This document shows, piece after piece, positions 1 through 13,392 of a DNA stretch of 64,000 nt. The stretch is from Mobula hypostoma (Eukaryota). The stretch is from contig NC_086097.1 in NCBI RefSeq assembly GCF_963921235.1, positions 89,902,001-89,966,000 on the forward strand, in the 5' to 3' direction. The number at the start of each line of letters is the position of its first letter. The stretch's first letter is position 1. The notes beneath the pieces are model-generated. The model had not been told where the DNA came from. It ran no database searches and saw only the letters and a program-made list of their open reading frames with translations. The translations under genes were made by a program, and so were the position numbers.

Positions 1-399
1 TATTCTTCATCTCATGTTCTCAATATTTATTGTTTATTTATTTATTTATTATTATTTCCTTTTTTTTTATTTGTATTTGCACAAATTTTGTTGTCTCTTG
101 TACTGTCGTTGTTTGCCCTGTTGGGTACGGTCTTTCATTGATTCCATTATGTTTCTCGGATTTACTAAGTATGCACACAAGAAAGTGAACCTCAGTGTTG
201 TATATGGTGACATATATGTACTTTTATAATAAATTTACTTTGAACCTCAATTCCCTGAACTTTCAGAAACGTGTCCACTTCCTCTTTAAATACCTCAGAT
301 GAACTAGCATCCATAATCCTCTGGAGCAGGAACTTCCAAAGAATCACTGGCATCTCTTTACCATTGTCAGTGCCCCCTCCCGAGCCAACATACCCAGCA

Positions 400-720
400 A
401 TGAGGCCCTTAGTTATACTAGGTCAGTTACAATGGGAGGCCATACCATTCCCAGGTCCAACACGAGCCTTCCAAAACGGCTGTAACATCACAAGCTCTTC
501 CACAGCTGGACAGGGGAAAAGATTCAAGGACGTGGTCAAAATGCCCTTGAAAAAATGCAGCCTCCCTAGTAGGTATGACCAACCCAAAGTTGCTCAAAGT
601 GAAACACGATTATTAGGGATGGTATTGAGAATGAGAACATCAGAGCAAGGAGAGGGCCTGGATAAGCAGCAAATGAATGCCCCATCTGGATCTATCCCTT
701 CACTTTATTTGTTTGCCTGC
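400..720 (+). mobile_element. Decayed RTE-clade LINE 3' fragment
   Basis: GQGKRFKDVVKMPLKKC resembles the RTE ORF C-terminal GGQxKRFKDxLKxxLKxC motif. Confidence 0.5.
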
Positions 721-3022
721 ACTACACCTTCTCTGTAGCTGCTTCACAAAACTAGGCATTCTCATTTCTTTTGCCTTCAACAATGTACCTATGTATGATG
801 ATGATCTGCCTGGACAAATCAAGGTTTCTCGCTGTCTTAGCACACGTGACCATAATAAATCAAATCTTCCACAAATAACAATTACATCTGGGGAAAGGGC
901 TGTGATTCATACATTGGCCCAATTAATCTCCTCAGATCACATGAAACAGTAGTGGAAATGAGTCATCCTCAATCTCAAAAGTCTAAGATTATATCTAGCA
1001 AACAAAAATAAATAACTTTTAAAAATGTTATGCTAATTACTATTTATCCTCTTGCCAAAAAGAACTCAAATAATCTTTACAATTTCCCAAAGGACTCAAT
1101 TAGTGAAGGCTCCAGGATGATTAAGTACGTAGTCCTGCTGAATTCCAAGTTCTGCTCGAATTTCCGTTTTTCTGAAGTTGAAAGAACCAATGCAACTGAT
1201 CAAAAAGTCAGAATTCTGATTGCTTTAGGCGGTCTTATATCACCAGCTCAGTTCAGAGGTAATTCATTTAATGAATCGCTATTTACTGTGCAGAAAGAGA
1301 AGCTTGGATTCCTATCACAAACAAGAGAAATCTGCAGCTACTGGAAATCCCAGCAGCACACACAAAATGTTGGAGGAATTCAGCAGGCCAGGCAGCATCT
1401 AAGGAAAAGAGTAAACAGCCAATGTTTCGGACTAAGATACTTCATTGGGACTGCAGGAAGAAGATGAGGCCGGAGTAATAGGTGGAACTGGGAGAGGGGG
1501 AGGGGTTTGTAAAGAGCTAAGAAATTGATTTATGAAAGAGATAAAGGGCTGGAGAATGGGGCAATCTGATAAGGAAGGAACAGAAGGCTATGGAAGCAAG
1601 GGAAGGGGCAGGAGCACCAGAGGGAAGAAGATAAGATGAGAGGGAAATGGGAATGGAGGGGAGGGAGAGAGCAGCATTACCGGAAGTTCGAGAAATTGAT
1701 GTTCATGCCATCAGGTTGGAGGCTACCCAAATGGAATATAAGGTGTTGCCCCTTTGACCTGAGTGTGGCCTCATTGCAGCAGTAGAGGAGGCCACGGACT
1801 GACATGTTGGAATGGGAATGGGAAGTAGAATTAAAATGGGTGGTCACTGGGAGATCCCGCTTTATCTGGACTATAAATCTTCCCACCCTGTTACTCGTAA
1901 AAATGCCACTCCCTTCTCCCAATTCCTCCATCTTCGGTGCATTTACTCTCAGGATGAGGCTTTTCATTCCAGAACTAAGGAGATGTCATCCTTCTTCCAA
2001 GAGAGGGGCTTCCCTTCCTCCACCATTAACGCTACCCTCACCCGCAACTCTTGCATTTCGCGCACAACTACCCTCACCTCATCCTCCCACCACCCCACCA
2101 GGGGTAAAGTTCCTCTTGTCCTCACCTACTACCCCACTAGCCTCCACCTCCAGTAAATAACTCTCCGTGACTTCCATCATCTCCAACATGATCCCACCAC
2201 CAAGCAACCCTTACCCTCCCCCCAACTTTCTGCTTTCCACAGGGATCGCTCCCTACGCGACTCACTTGTCCATTCGTCCCTCCCCACTGATCTCCCTCCT
2301 GGCACTTACCCTTACAAGTGGAACAAGTGCTACACCTCCTCCCTCACTACCATTCAGGGCCCCAAAGAGTCCTTCCAGATGAGGCGACACTTCACCTGTG
2401 AGTCTGTTTGGGTGTTCCACTGTATCCGGTGTTCCTGGTGTAGCCTCCTGTATAACGATGAGACCCAACGTAGATTGGGAGACCGATTTGCCAAGCATCT
2501 ATACTCTCTCCGCCAGAAAAAGCAGGGACTCCCAGTGGCCACCCATTTTAATTCCACTTCCCATTCCCATTCTCACATGTCAGTCTACCGATTCCTTTAC
2601 TGCCGCAATGAGGCCACACTCAGTTTGGCGGATCCACACCTTTTATTCCATCTGAGTAGACTCCAACCTGATAGCATGAACAACAATATCTCAAACTTCC
2701 GGTAATGGCCCCTCCTCTCCCCTTCAGCATTCCCCATTTCCATTTCCCTCTCTCACCTTATCTCCAGACCTGCCCATCGCCTCCCTCTGGTGCTCCTAGC
2801 CCTTCCCTTTCTTCCATGGCCTTCCTATTAGACTCCCCTTTCTCCAGCCCTATATCTCTTTCACCAATCAACTTCCTTGCTGTTTACTTCACCACGCACC
2901 CCCCTCCCAGTTTCACCTATCACTTCAAACACGAGGAAATCTGCAGAACTGGAAATTCAAGCAACACACACAAAAAATTCTGGTGAACGCAGCAGGCCAG
3001 GCAGCATCTCTAGGAAGAGGTA

Positions 3023-3064
3023 CAGTCGACGTTTCGGGCTGAGTCCCTTCGTCAGGGCTAACTG
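3023..3064 (-). ncRNA. Minimal hammerhead ribozyme motif in Penelope terminal repeat
   Basis: Minus strand reads cagttagcc-CTGACGA-a-GGG-actcag-CCC-GAAAC-GTC-gactg. The core is intact, with one mismatch in stem I. Confidence 0.6.
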
Positions 3065-3415
3065 AAAGAAGAGATAGTAAGAGATTTGAAAGTGGGAGGG
3101 GGAGGGGGCTTCTGTTAATTTCCCACCTCCCCTTCGTATCTCATCCCTATTTATTTATTTATTATTATTTTTCCCTTTGTTTCTCTTTTTTTCCTCCCTC
3201 TGTCCCTCTCACTATACTCCTTGCCCATCCTCTGGACTCCCCTTTCTTTCTCCCAGGCCTCTCGTCCCATGATACTCCCCCTTCTCCAGCCTCGTATCCC
3301 TTTTGCCAATCAACTTTCCAGCTCCTAGCTCCATTCCTCCCCCTCCTGTCTTCTCCTATCATTTTGGATCTCCCCCTCCCCCTCCCACTTTCAAATCCCT
3401 TACTATCTCTTCTTT

Positions 3416-3457
3416 CAGTTAGTCCTGACGAAGAGTCTCGGCCCGAAACGTCAACTG
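3416..3457 (+). ncRNA. Minimal hammerhead ribozyme motif in Penelope terminal repeat
   Basis: cagttagtc-CTGACGA-agagtctcggccc-GAAAC-GTC-aactg. The core is intact, with a mismatch in stem II. Confidence 0.55.
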
Positions 3458-3729
3458 TACCTCTTCCTAGCGATGTTGCCTGGCCTGCTGCATTCAACAG
3501 CATTTTGTGTGTGTGTCACCTATCACCTACTAACGTGAATTTCTTTCTCCCCTTCCCCTACCTTCTTTCTCCTCATTTCTCTCCAGTCCTCATGAAGGGT
3601 CTTGACCAAAAACCTTTTGCTCTTTTCCTTAGGTGATGCCTGGCCTGCTGAGTTCATCCAGCATTTTGTGTGTGAGGCTTGGATTCCTACAGTCTTCATA
3701 AACACAGAATTGGCTTTCTAACCAATTAA

Positions 3730-4975
3730 ATGAGTTTGAATTATAAGCTTTTGTTAGCGTATGAATCACAGAAACCAGTTGTTCACAGGAAGACCCAGAA
3801 AAAAACTGGAAATTACCGGAAGATAGAGAAATAGATGTTCATTCCATCAGTTTGGAGGCTACCTAGGTTGAATGTGAAGTGTTTCTCCTTTGACCTGAGT
3901 GTCTTATCATCGTAGCTAAAGTGGAGCGACAAACTGAAATACATGGCCACGAGAAAATCATGCCTTTTGTGACAGACAGAGCTAAGGTGCTCAACAAAGC
4001 AGTCCCCCAATCTACATCAGGTCTCACCAATGTGAAGGAAGTTTCACCGGGAGTACGGGATACAGTAGATGACCCTCACAGACTCACAGGTGAAGTGTCA
4101 CCTCACCTGAAAGGACTGTTGGGGCCATGAATGGTGGTGAGGGAGGAGGTGCAGGGGCAGCTGTAGCACTTGTCCTGCTTGTGGGGGTAAGTGCCAGGAT
4201 GGAGATCAGAGGGAAGGGATGAGTGGACAAGAGGGTTATGTAGAGAGAGATCCCAATGGAGAGTGTAGGGGAGGGATTAATGTGCTTAGCAGTAAGATCC
4301 CATTGTAGATGGTGGAAGTTATGGAGAATGATGTGCTGGAAACAGGCTGTGGGGTGGTATGTAAGAACAAGGGGAACCTTAACCCTGTTATGTTGGCAGG
4401 AGGATGGGTGAGGTTCGATGTGTGGCAATGGAGGAGGGCAGCATCAATAATGATGGAAGGGAAAGCCCATTCTTTGCAGTAGGAGGACATCTCTGATGTT
4501 GTGGAATGGAAAGCCTCATCTTGAGAACAGTAGCAGTGGAGATGGAGGAACTGAGAAAAGGGAATAGGATTTTAACAAGCGACAGGGTAGGAAGATAGTT
4601 GTGAGAACCAGTAGGTTTATAAAAGATATCAGTAGATAGTCTACCTCCCAAGATGGAGACAGTGAGATCAAGAAAGGGGAGAGATATCAGAGGTGGACCA
4701 AGTAGATACAAAGGGCAGGGTGGAAGTTGGAGACAAAGTTGATGCTCTCAGTTTGGGTGCAGGAAACAGCACTATTACAGTCATCAGTGTGGCATTGATA
4801 GAGGTGGGGAGTGTTACCAGTGTTGGCTTGGAACAGGGATTGTTGCACAGAGCCAACAAAAAGCCAGGCATGGCTGGGGCCCAGGTAAGCACCCATTGAT
4901 TTAGAGAAAGTGAGAGGAACTAAAAGAGAAAATGTTGAGTGTGAGAACAAGTTTCGCCACATGTTGGTGGAGGGG
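3730..4975 (-). mobile_element. Degenerate Penelope-like element (RT and GIY-YIG remnants)
   Basis: Frameshifted MGAYLGPSHAWLFVG, LSTDIFYKPT, KVPLVLTYHP, GDCFVEHL...GMNIYFSIFR. Confidence 0.85.
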
Positions 4976-6114
4976 CATCCTGATTTCTTCTATAAACTTA
5001 CTAACTCATTCTCCTTCTCCAATAAAAAAAAGGCCCCCAACCTGCTCAACTTCACTCCATAGCTCATTCCCTCAAATCCCAGCAACACCCGTGTAAATCT
5101 CCCCTGCACTCTTTCCAGCTTAATGGCATATTTAGTTTTACGCCTTACTTAGTGACCGTTTTATAACTGATAAGACACAAAAATGATTATTTTTGGAGAG
5201 GCCATTTCCAGCTACATTAATAAATTACAATTCTTAAACAAATTAATAGAATTTTTAAGAAGATTTTTATAGAAATAATTATTCAATCAAGCTGCACAAT
5301 TGGGCTACCAGATCAGAATATACAAAACAGGTGTACAATTAAGGCCCGTGCTATCCATTAGTGACCCAGTGGAACACTATCTTCTCTGGCAGCAGCATCA
5401 ATTCACCAGTAGAGAGAATGACTGGCCCTCACAACAACTTGTTATAATGCCTTCAACTTGGGAAAAAGCTCCAAGGTGTTTCACAGGGTTGGGAGAGAAA
5501 GGAAAGAAAGATTAGCTTTATTCGTCTTAGGTACGTCGAAACAGACAGTGAAATGCATTGTCTGTGCTGGCGAGGATTGTGCCAGGCAGCCAGTGGCATC
5601 TCACTCCCCGTGCCAACTTACTAACCCAAACTGTTCATCTTTGGAAGGTGGGAGATAACCAGAGCCCTCGGAGGAAACCCAAAAGGTTATGGAGGGAACA
5701 TACAAACGCCAGTAGCAGGAGTCAAACAGTGATCTTACAGCCGGCACTGTGAAGTGATGTGCCAACTGCTCGATTCCATTACCATGCCACACTTCAATAA
5801 ACGTTGTGGGGTCGGGGGGGGGGCGCGCAGTGAACTTGGCCATGGGGGAATTTAAATATCACCATGAAAGCTTTAAATCTGATGCGATGCGGGACCCAGG
5901 GCAGGGAGTGCGGGGTGGGGGAGGAGTGATAACGAAGGGGAGGTTTACGGAACCACAGTTTGTGATGAGTTCCAGATTGTAGCTTAACTATTTGCATGCA
6001 ATGTTAAAACGTTGTTGTATTTCTCAATGCTGCTTTGAAAAGTGCTGTGATATGCCACAGCAACGTTTTAAACACTAGAGTGCTGTCTGGTTCACTGCAG
6101 CCACGGCTGTGATT

Positions 6115-6315
6115 ACAATGGTGGAGAGTGTGTTCCAAGGTTTACTGACAGGGACCTGAAGAGGCTGGTGGATGATGTCACGTGCAGGATGGAAGTGACG
6201 TGTGCAAGGCGGCCCCACAGCCTCCTCCAGGACTGCCTCTGGAGGGTGCCAGAGAGATGCCATCTAGAAGCAACAGCCCTAACACCACTGCCCCGTGCAG
6301 AAAAACATATGGCTA
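6115..6315 (+). pseudogene. Decayed Myb/SANT-like ORF of a PIF/Harbinger transposon
   Basis: VPRFTDRDLKRLVDDV, then after a frameshift LEGAREMPSRS...PCRK. This resembles the APRFSDxDLExLL...WxEVAxxVS...QCRKK pattern of Harbinger Myb-like/MSANTD proteins. Confidence 0.55.
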
Positions 6316-6354
6316 CATACTGTACGTTGGTCGGGATGGATCCTGACAGGCTGT

Positions 6355-6590
6355 ATCATCGCAATGCTTTACAGTACCAGCGACCAGGGTTCAAGTCCCA
6401 CCGCTGTCTGCAAGGAGCGGGTCTCCTCCGGGTGCCCCGGTTTCCTCCCACAGTCCAAAGACGTACCGGTTGGTAGGTGGATTGGTCACTGTAAATTGTC
6501 CCGTGACTAGGCTAGGGTTTAATTGGGGGTCATTGGGCGTCATGATCTGAAGGGCCGACACCGCCCTGTATCTCAGTAAATAAACAAATC
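6355..6590 (+). mobile_element. tRNA-derived V-SINE-like element
   Basis: B-box-like GGTTCAAGTCC, central ctccgggtgccccggtttcctcccacagtccaaagacg domain, and aaat-repeat tail. Related minus-strand pieces lie near 5570-5775 and 7000-7130. Confidence 0.65.
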
Positions 6591-9500
6591 ATTGCATCTA
6601 CAGCTTGTGCTTACACCTCCGATCACACACTCTACCGATGTCTTTCGTTAGCATATCCCTTCATTCCCTCACTCACATACACATACTGTTTTTTCCTCCT
6701 CTATACCCTCTCATCCCTCTGCTCCGCTGCTCCCCCCATACCTTGCTGCCCTGCCTCTCACCCTCCCTGCTGCTTTCCAGGTAGTGCCTTCTCCTGCCTT
6801 CGTCCCCACGCCCTCCTGTCCTACCATTGCACTTTTCTCTCCATCTGTCCCTTCCAGGAGTCGTACAGCGTGGTAACAGGTCCTTTGACCCACCAACTCT
6901 GCACCCACCTTCAGCAGCCCATTTACATGACTCCCATCTGTTTCTCCCTACCTGCCTCTGGAGTAGAACACTGGCTGGCAGCACTTTACCATGTTCCAAT
7001 TCACAAACGTTTTGGTTCTGGGAGAAAATCAGAACATCTGGAAGGAGACCACGTAAACTCCTCACAAAGGGCACCGAAGGTCACGATTGAACCTGGGTCT
7101 CTGGTGTCGTCAGGCAGCAGTTCTACACGACCATTTCCCTCTCCCACCCCTCTCTCATGTCTACTCAAATATCCTTCAGTGCTGTGGTGTCCAGGAATAG
7201 GACTGAGACACTTGGTCCTCTACAGCGCAACAGCACAATGATGGCTTTGGAGGAGAATCAGTCAGAAGATTGTACAGAATGGAAACAGGATATTCGGCCC
7301 ATCCTGTCCAGGCTGACCAGCGGACGCTCAACAATCACTGGGGCAGGCAGACAACAGCAGAAGAACAGCTGGCCCCAGATCGCCTTACTGCACTTTAGCA
7401 CAACCTCAATCAAAGGTGTAGGTGCCTTTACCTGTAGAGAATTCCCCAGTCGCCAAGACAGCTCACTTCCATTTCATCCCTATTAATGCAGGCTTTGGTA
7501 GGGTGTTAACCCAGCACATTAGCAAGGTGCTAGTAACAGCCCATAGAGTCGTCGAGGTGCACTGAGTGTACACCCCAACAGGTAAAAGGTTTAATGCATT
7601 GTAACATCAGAGTAAATTCATGAGGGAACACCTTCCCGGTTCAGCATTAAAAACCTTGCAGGGAATTGACTCACCCTTGGCCCTTACGTCATTACATGTC
7701 CTTGCATGCATGTAAAGCAACATGAACATGTATAAGACAACACAACCTCACATGTACTTAGTTGTCAATTCCAAGTACAGTAACTTTTACCCTGGAGCAG
7801 AAGGTACAAGCTTGTAGCATACTTTGCACAACTGGGGAAGTGTTAAAATGGTATGATATCAGAACTCTCAACAGCATTGGAAATACAGTACTGTGCAAAA
7901 GTGTGGTGCAATAATAACAGGGTTGTCGTGATGGGAGATATTAACTTCCCGAATATTGATGGGCATCTCCCTAGAGCAAGGGGTTTAGATGGGGTGCAGT
8001 TTGTTGGGTGTGTTCAGGAAGGTTTCTTGACACAATATGTAGATAAGCCTACAAGAGGAGAGGCTGTACTTGATCTGGTATTAGGAAATGAACCTAGTCG
8101 GGTGTCAGGTCTCTCAGTGGGAGAGCATTTTGGAGATAGTGATCACAATTCTATCTCCTTCACCACAGCATTGGAGAGGGATAGGAACAGACAAGTTAGG
8201 AAAGCGTTTAATTGGAGTAAGGAGAAATATGAAGCTATCAGACAGGAACTTGGAAGCATAAATTGATGTTCTCAGGGAAATGTACAGCAGAAATCTGGCA
8301 AATGTTCAGGAGATATTTGAGTGGCCTTCTGCATAGGTACATCCCAATGAGACAGGGAAAGGATGGTAGGGTACAGGAACCGTAGTGCACAAAGGCTGTT
8401 GAAAATCTAGTCAAGAAGAAGAGCTTAGAAAAGGTTCAAAAAACTAGGTAATGTTAGAGATCTAGAAAATTATAAAGCCAGCAGGGAGGAGCTTAGGAAT
8501 GAAATTAGGAGAACCAAAGGGGACATGACAAGGTCTCGGCAAGCAGTATTAAGGAAAACCCCAAGACATTCTACAAGTATGTGAAGAGCAAGATGATAAG
8601 ATAGGAGAGAAAAGGACCAATCAAGTGTGACAATGGAAAAGTGTGTATGGAACCAGAGGAGATAGTAGAGGTACTTAGTGAATACTTTGCTTCAGTATTT
8701 ACTACGGAAAAGGATCTTGGCGATTGTAGGGATGATTAATAGCGGACTGAAAAGCTTGAGCATATAGACATTAAGAAAGAGGTTGTGCTGGAGGTTTTGG
8801 AAAGCATCAAGTTGGATAAGGTACCGGGACCAGACAAAATATACCCAAGGCTACTGTGGGAGGCAAGGGAGGAGATTACTGAGCCTCTGGTAATGATCTT
8901 TGCATCATGAATGGGGATGGGAGAGGTTCCAGAGGATTGGAGAGTTGCAGATGTTGTTCCCTTATTCAAGAACTTGAGTAGAGATAGCCCAGGAAATTAT
9001 AGACCATAAGACCATAAGATGTAGGAGCAGAAGTAGGCCATTCGACCCATCGAGTCTGCTCTGCCATTAAATCATGGGCTGATCCAATTCTTCCAGTCAT
9101 CCTCACTCCCCTGCCTTCTCCCCATACCCTTTGATGCCCTGGCTAATCAAGAACCTATCTATCTCTCTCTTAAATGCACCCAATGACTTGGCCTCTACAG
9201 CCACTTGTGGGAACAAATTCTACAGATTTACCACCTTCTGACTAAAGTAATTTCTCTGCATCTCTGCTCTAAATGGACGTCCTTCAATCCTGAAGTCGTG
9301 CCTTCTTGTCCTAGACTCCCCTACCATGGCAGATAACTTTGCCATATCTAATTTGTTCAGGCCTTTTAACGTTTGAAATGTTTCTATGAGATCCCCCCTC
9401 ATTCTCCTGAACTCCAGGGATTACAGCCCAAGAGCTGCCAGACATTCCTCATACGGTAACACTTTCATTCCTGGAATCATTCTCGTGAATCTTCTCTGAA

Positions 9501-10328
9501 CCCTCTCCAATGTCAGTATATCCTTTCTAAAATAAGGAACCCAAAACTGCACACAATATTCCAAGTGTGGTCTCACAAGTGCCTTATACAGTCTCAACAT
9601 CACATGCCTGCTCTTATATTCTATACTGTTAGAAATGAATGCCAACATTGCATTCGCCTTCTTCACCACCGACTCAACCTGGAGGTTAACCTTTAGGGTA
9701 TCCTTCACAAGGACTCCCAAGTCCCTTTGCATCTCTGCATTTTGAATTATCTCCCCATCTAAATAATAGTCTGCCTGTTTATTTCTTCCACCAAAGTGCA
9801 TGACCATACACTTTACAACATTGTATTTCATTTGCCACTTCTTTGCCCATTCCCCTAAACTATCTAAGTCTCTCTGCAGGCTTTCTGTTTCCTTAACACT
9901 ACCCGTTCTTCCACCTATCTTTGTATCATCAGCAAATTTAGCCACAGATCCATTCATCTCATAGTCCAAATCATTGACATACATCATAAAAAGCAGCGGT
10001 CCCAACACCGACCCCTGTGGAACTCCACTGGTAACCGGCAGCCAGCCAGAATAGGATCCCTTTATTCCCACTCTCTATTCCCAATGCTCCACCCATGCTA
10101 GTAACTCCCTTGTAATTCCATGGGCTCTTATCTTGCTAAGCAGCCTCATCTGTGGCACCTTGTCAAAGGCCTTCTGAAAATCCAAGTACACCACATCTAC
10201 TACATCTCCTTTGTCTACCCTGCTTGTATTTTCCTCAAAAAATTGCAGTAGGTTAGTCAGGCAGGATTTTCCTTTCAGGAAACCATGCTGGCTTTGGCCT
10301 ATCTTCTCATGAGCCTCCAGGTACAGGT

Positions 10329-12056
10329 GTCTATATGGACTTCAGTAAGGCCTTTGACAAGGTTCCACACGGAAGGTTAGTTAGGAAGGTTCAATCATTA
10401 GGCATTAATATGGAAGTGGTAAAAGGGATTCAGCAGTGGCTAGATGGGAGACGCCAGAGAGTAGTGGTGGATAACTGTGTGTCAGATTGGAGGACGGGGT
10501 GTAGCGGTGTGCCTCAAGGATCTGTACTGGGTCCAATGTTGTTTGTAATATATATTAATGATCTAAGATGATGGGGTGGTAAATTGGATTAGTAAGTATG
10601 AAGATGATACTAAGATAGGTGGTGTTGTGGATGATGAGGTAGGTTTTCAAAACTTGCAGAGAGATTTACGACAGTTAGAAGAGTGGGCTGAAAGATGGCA
10701 GATGGAGTTTAATGCTGAAAAATGTGAGGTGCTACATTTTGGTAGAACTAATCAAAATAGGACATAGATGGTAAATGGTAGGGCATTAAAGAATGCTTTA
10801 GAACAGAGGGATCTAGGAATAATGGTGCATAGTTCCCTGAAGATAGAATCTCATGTGGATAGGGTGGTGAACAAAGCTTTTGGTTTGCTGGCCTTTATTA
10901 ATCAGAGCATTGAGTATAGGAGTTGGGATGTAATGTTGAATTTGTATAAGGCATTGGTAAGGCCAAATCTGGAGTATTGTGTACAGTTCTGGTCACCGAA
11001 TTATAGGAAAGATGTCAATAAAATTGAGAGAGTACAGATGAGGTTTACTAGAATGTTACCTGGGTTTCATCTCCTAAGTTACAGAGAAAGGTTGAACAAG
11101 TTAGGTCTTTAATCTTTGGAGTGTAGAAGGTTGACGGGGGACTTGATAGAGGTGTTTAAAATTATGAGGGGGATAGATAGAGTTGACGTGGTTAGACTTT
11201 TTCCATTGAGAGTGGGGAAGATTCAAACAAGAGGGCATGGGTTGAGAATTAGAGGACAAAAGTTTAGAGGTAACATGAGGGGGAACTTCTTTACTCAGAG
11301 AGTGGTAGCTGTGTGGAATGAGCTTCCAGCAGAAGTGGTTGAGGCAGGTTCTATGTTGTCGTTTAAAGTTAAATTGGTTAGATATACGGACAGCAATACA
11401 CATCAAAGTTGTCGGTGAACGCAGCAGGCCAGGCAGCATCTCTAGGAAGAGGTACAGTTGACGTTTTAGGCCGAGACCCTTCGTCAGGACTAACTGAAGG
11501 AAGAGTTAGTAAGAGATTTGAAAGTGGGATGGGGAGATCGAAAATGATAGGAGGAGACAGGAGGGGGAGGGATGGAGCCAAGAGCTGGACAGGTGATTGG
11601 CAAAGGGGATATGAGAGGATCATGGGACAGGAGGCCCAGGGAGAAGGAAAAGGTGGTGGGGGGGGGAACCCAGAGGATGGGCAAGGGGTATAGTCAGAGG
11701 GACAGAGGGAGAAAAAGGAGAGTGAGAGAAAGAATGTGTGTATAAAAATAAATAGCGGATGGGGTACGAGGGGGAGGTGGGGCATTAGTGGAAGTTAGAG
11801 AAGTCGATGTTCATGCCATCAGGTTGGAGGCTACTCAGTCGGAATATAAGGTGTTGTTCCTCCAACCTGAGTGTGGCTTCATCTTGGATGGGGTATGAGA
11901 TAGGGTCCTCTTGTTTGAGATATATGGACAGGAAAGGAATGGAGGGTTATAGGCTGAGTGCAGGTCGATGGGAATAGGATAGGGTAAGAGTTCAGCATGG
12001 ACTAGAAGGGCCGAGATGGCCTGTTTCCGTGCTGTAATTGTTATATGGTTATGTGG
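10329..12056 (+). mobile_element. 5'-truncated CR1 LINE 'C' inserted in the left TIR of the Tigger element
   Basis: Begins VYMDFSKAFDKV; RT carries stops. The 3' tail gttatatggttatgtggt is followed by the rest of the Tigger terminus (gcttttcgaa). Confidence 0.88.
11394..11917 (-). mobile_element. Penelope 3' fragment nested in CR1 'C'
   Basis: Terminal repeat plus GIY-YIG tail. Flanked by AGATATACGGACAG (11380-11393) and AGATATATGGACAG (11918-11931). Its hammerhead GAAA is mutated to AAAA. Confidence 0.85.
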
Positions 12057-12273
12057 TCCTTTGCTTTTCGAAACCTTGCTGTTATGGAAGACCTACATTA
12101 GTTTACCTGTTTTCGCTAACAGAAGGTGTTTTCACTGTTACGAAAAAAGGCATTGCGCGATAAAACACAGCCCGCGTCCTGAGCAGCCAAGCTCCTCCCC
12201 CGGAACTGCAATTCTAGCCGGCATTGCTTAAACACATGCCTGTGAGCATCCATTAGCAAGATGAGTTCTAAGG

Positions 12274-13392
12274 CAGCGGTCCCCAACCACCGGGCCGCAA
12301 AGCATATGCTACTGGGCTGTGAGGAAACGATATGATTTGGTGATATGAGTCAGCTGCACCTTTCCTCATTCCCTGTCACGCACTGTTGAGCCATTATGCA
12401 TGCCAGGTCATTATCCGCGCATCATGCGTGTCAGCGCGGGAAGGAGATCAACTCCTCGAGTTTGCAAATGACGGTGGGCTGAAAAGCATGTTTGACATAA
12501 CATCTCTGCCGGCATTCCGGATCAAAGTCAAGGCTAAAAATTCTGAGATAGCCATGAAAGCACTGAAAAAGTTGCTTCCATTTCCAACATATCTCTGCAA
12601 TGAATGCAACGAAAACTAAATTGCAGAATAGACTGAACATAAAGAACCCTCTTCAAGTATCGCTGTCTCCCATCACCCCTCAATGGGACCGTCTTGTTGC
12701 AGGAAAACAAGCCCTGGTTCAGCGATATTGGTGTGTTGCAATGATTTTATATGTTCATATGGGGAAAATATGTGCTGTGTGTTTCATATCTAAACGTTAC
12801 TTAAAATGTTATGATGCTATTGACTTACTTATATAACCATATAACAATTACAGTACGGAAACAGGCTATCTCTGCCCTTCTAGTCTGTGCCGAACGCTAC
12901 TCTCACCTAGTCCTACCGACCTGCACTCAGCCCATAACCCTCCATTCCTTTCCTGTTCATATAGCTATCCAATTTTTCTTTAAATGATAATATCAAACCT
13001 GCTTCTGCCACTTCTACTGGAAGTTCGTTCAACACTTACTTCAAGATAATTGACGTATCACTATATTCATGCCAGGAAAATATGCACTGTGTGTTTAATA
13101 TTAAATTCGTTAGATAAACCCTTTTAGAAACGAATTGAGTGTGTTAGCCACTTAGCACTTATATTCCGGTCGTGATTAACACTCCGGTCATGACGCGCAT
13201 GCACACTGGTGCCCGCGCAAGGCTTCATGGTCATTGTAGTTTTATATGGGTAAACACAACGTATTTGACTGCTACTCTTGTCCGTTGGCAATCCTACCGC
13301 ACCCCCCCCCCCACCCCGCCGGATCAGCCGGCCTGTAAGAATATTGTCAATATTAAACCGGTCCACAGTGCAATAAAGGTTGGGGACCCCTG
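12274..13392 (+). mobile_element. hAT (Charlie-like) non-autonomous element
   Basis: TIRs CAGCGGTCCCCAACC / GGTTGGGGACCCCTG and exact 8-bp TSD TTCTAAGG. Transposase C-terminal remnant LLEFANDGGLKSMF...KALKKLLPFPT. The site is single-copy in the second Tigger element. Confidence 0.9.
12831..13033 (-). mobile_element. CR1 3'-end fragment (same tail as CR1 'C') inside the hAT element
   Basis: Reverse complement of the 11930-12050 3' UTR and tail. Flanked by ACTTACTT on both sides. Confidence 0.7.

Larger units (their letters stand above)
2924..3515. mobile_element. Nested Penelope terminal-repeat insertion (inverted copy plus direct copy)
   Basis: About 2930-3108 is the reverse complement of about 3370-3515. 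The insertion is flanked by the direct repeat TCACCTATCAC (2913-2923 and 3516-3526). Confidence 0.8.
1318..3700 (+). mobile_element. Penelope-like retroelement, 5'-truncated, with inverted 3' segment (minus 1318-1860; plus 1860-2923 and 3516-3700)
   Basis: Plus strand has an RT thumb remnant (YLDYKSSHP...SQFLHLRCI) and a degenerate GIY-YIG domain (CIRCSWCSLLYNDETQRRLGDRFAKH...PVATHFN...ISNFR). The same C-terminus and terminal repeat recur inverted at 1318-1860. Confidence 0.85.

Noticed and set aside
11455..11496. Hammerhead motif in the nested Penelope fragment
   Set aside because: The catalytic G of GAAA is mutated to A, so it is not listed as a functional candidate.
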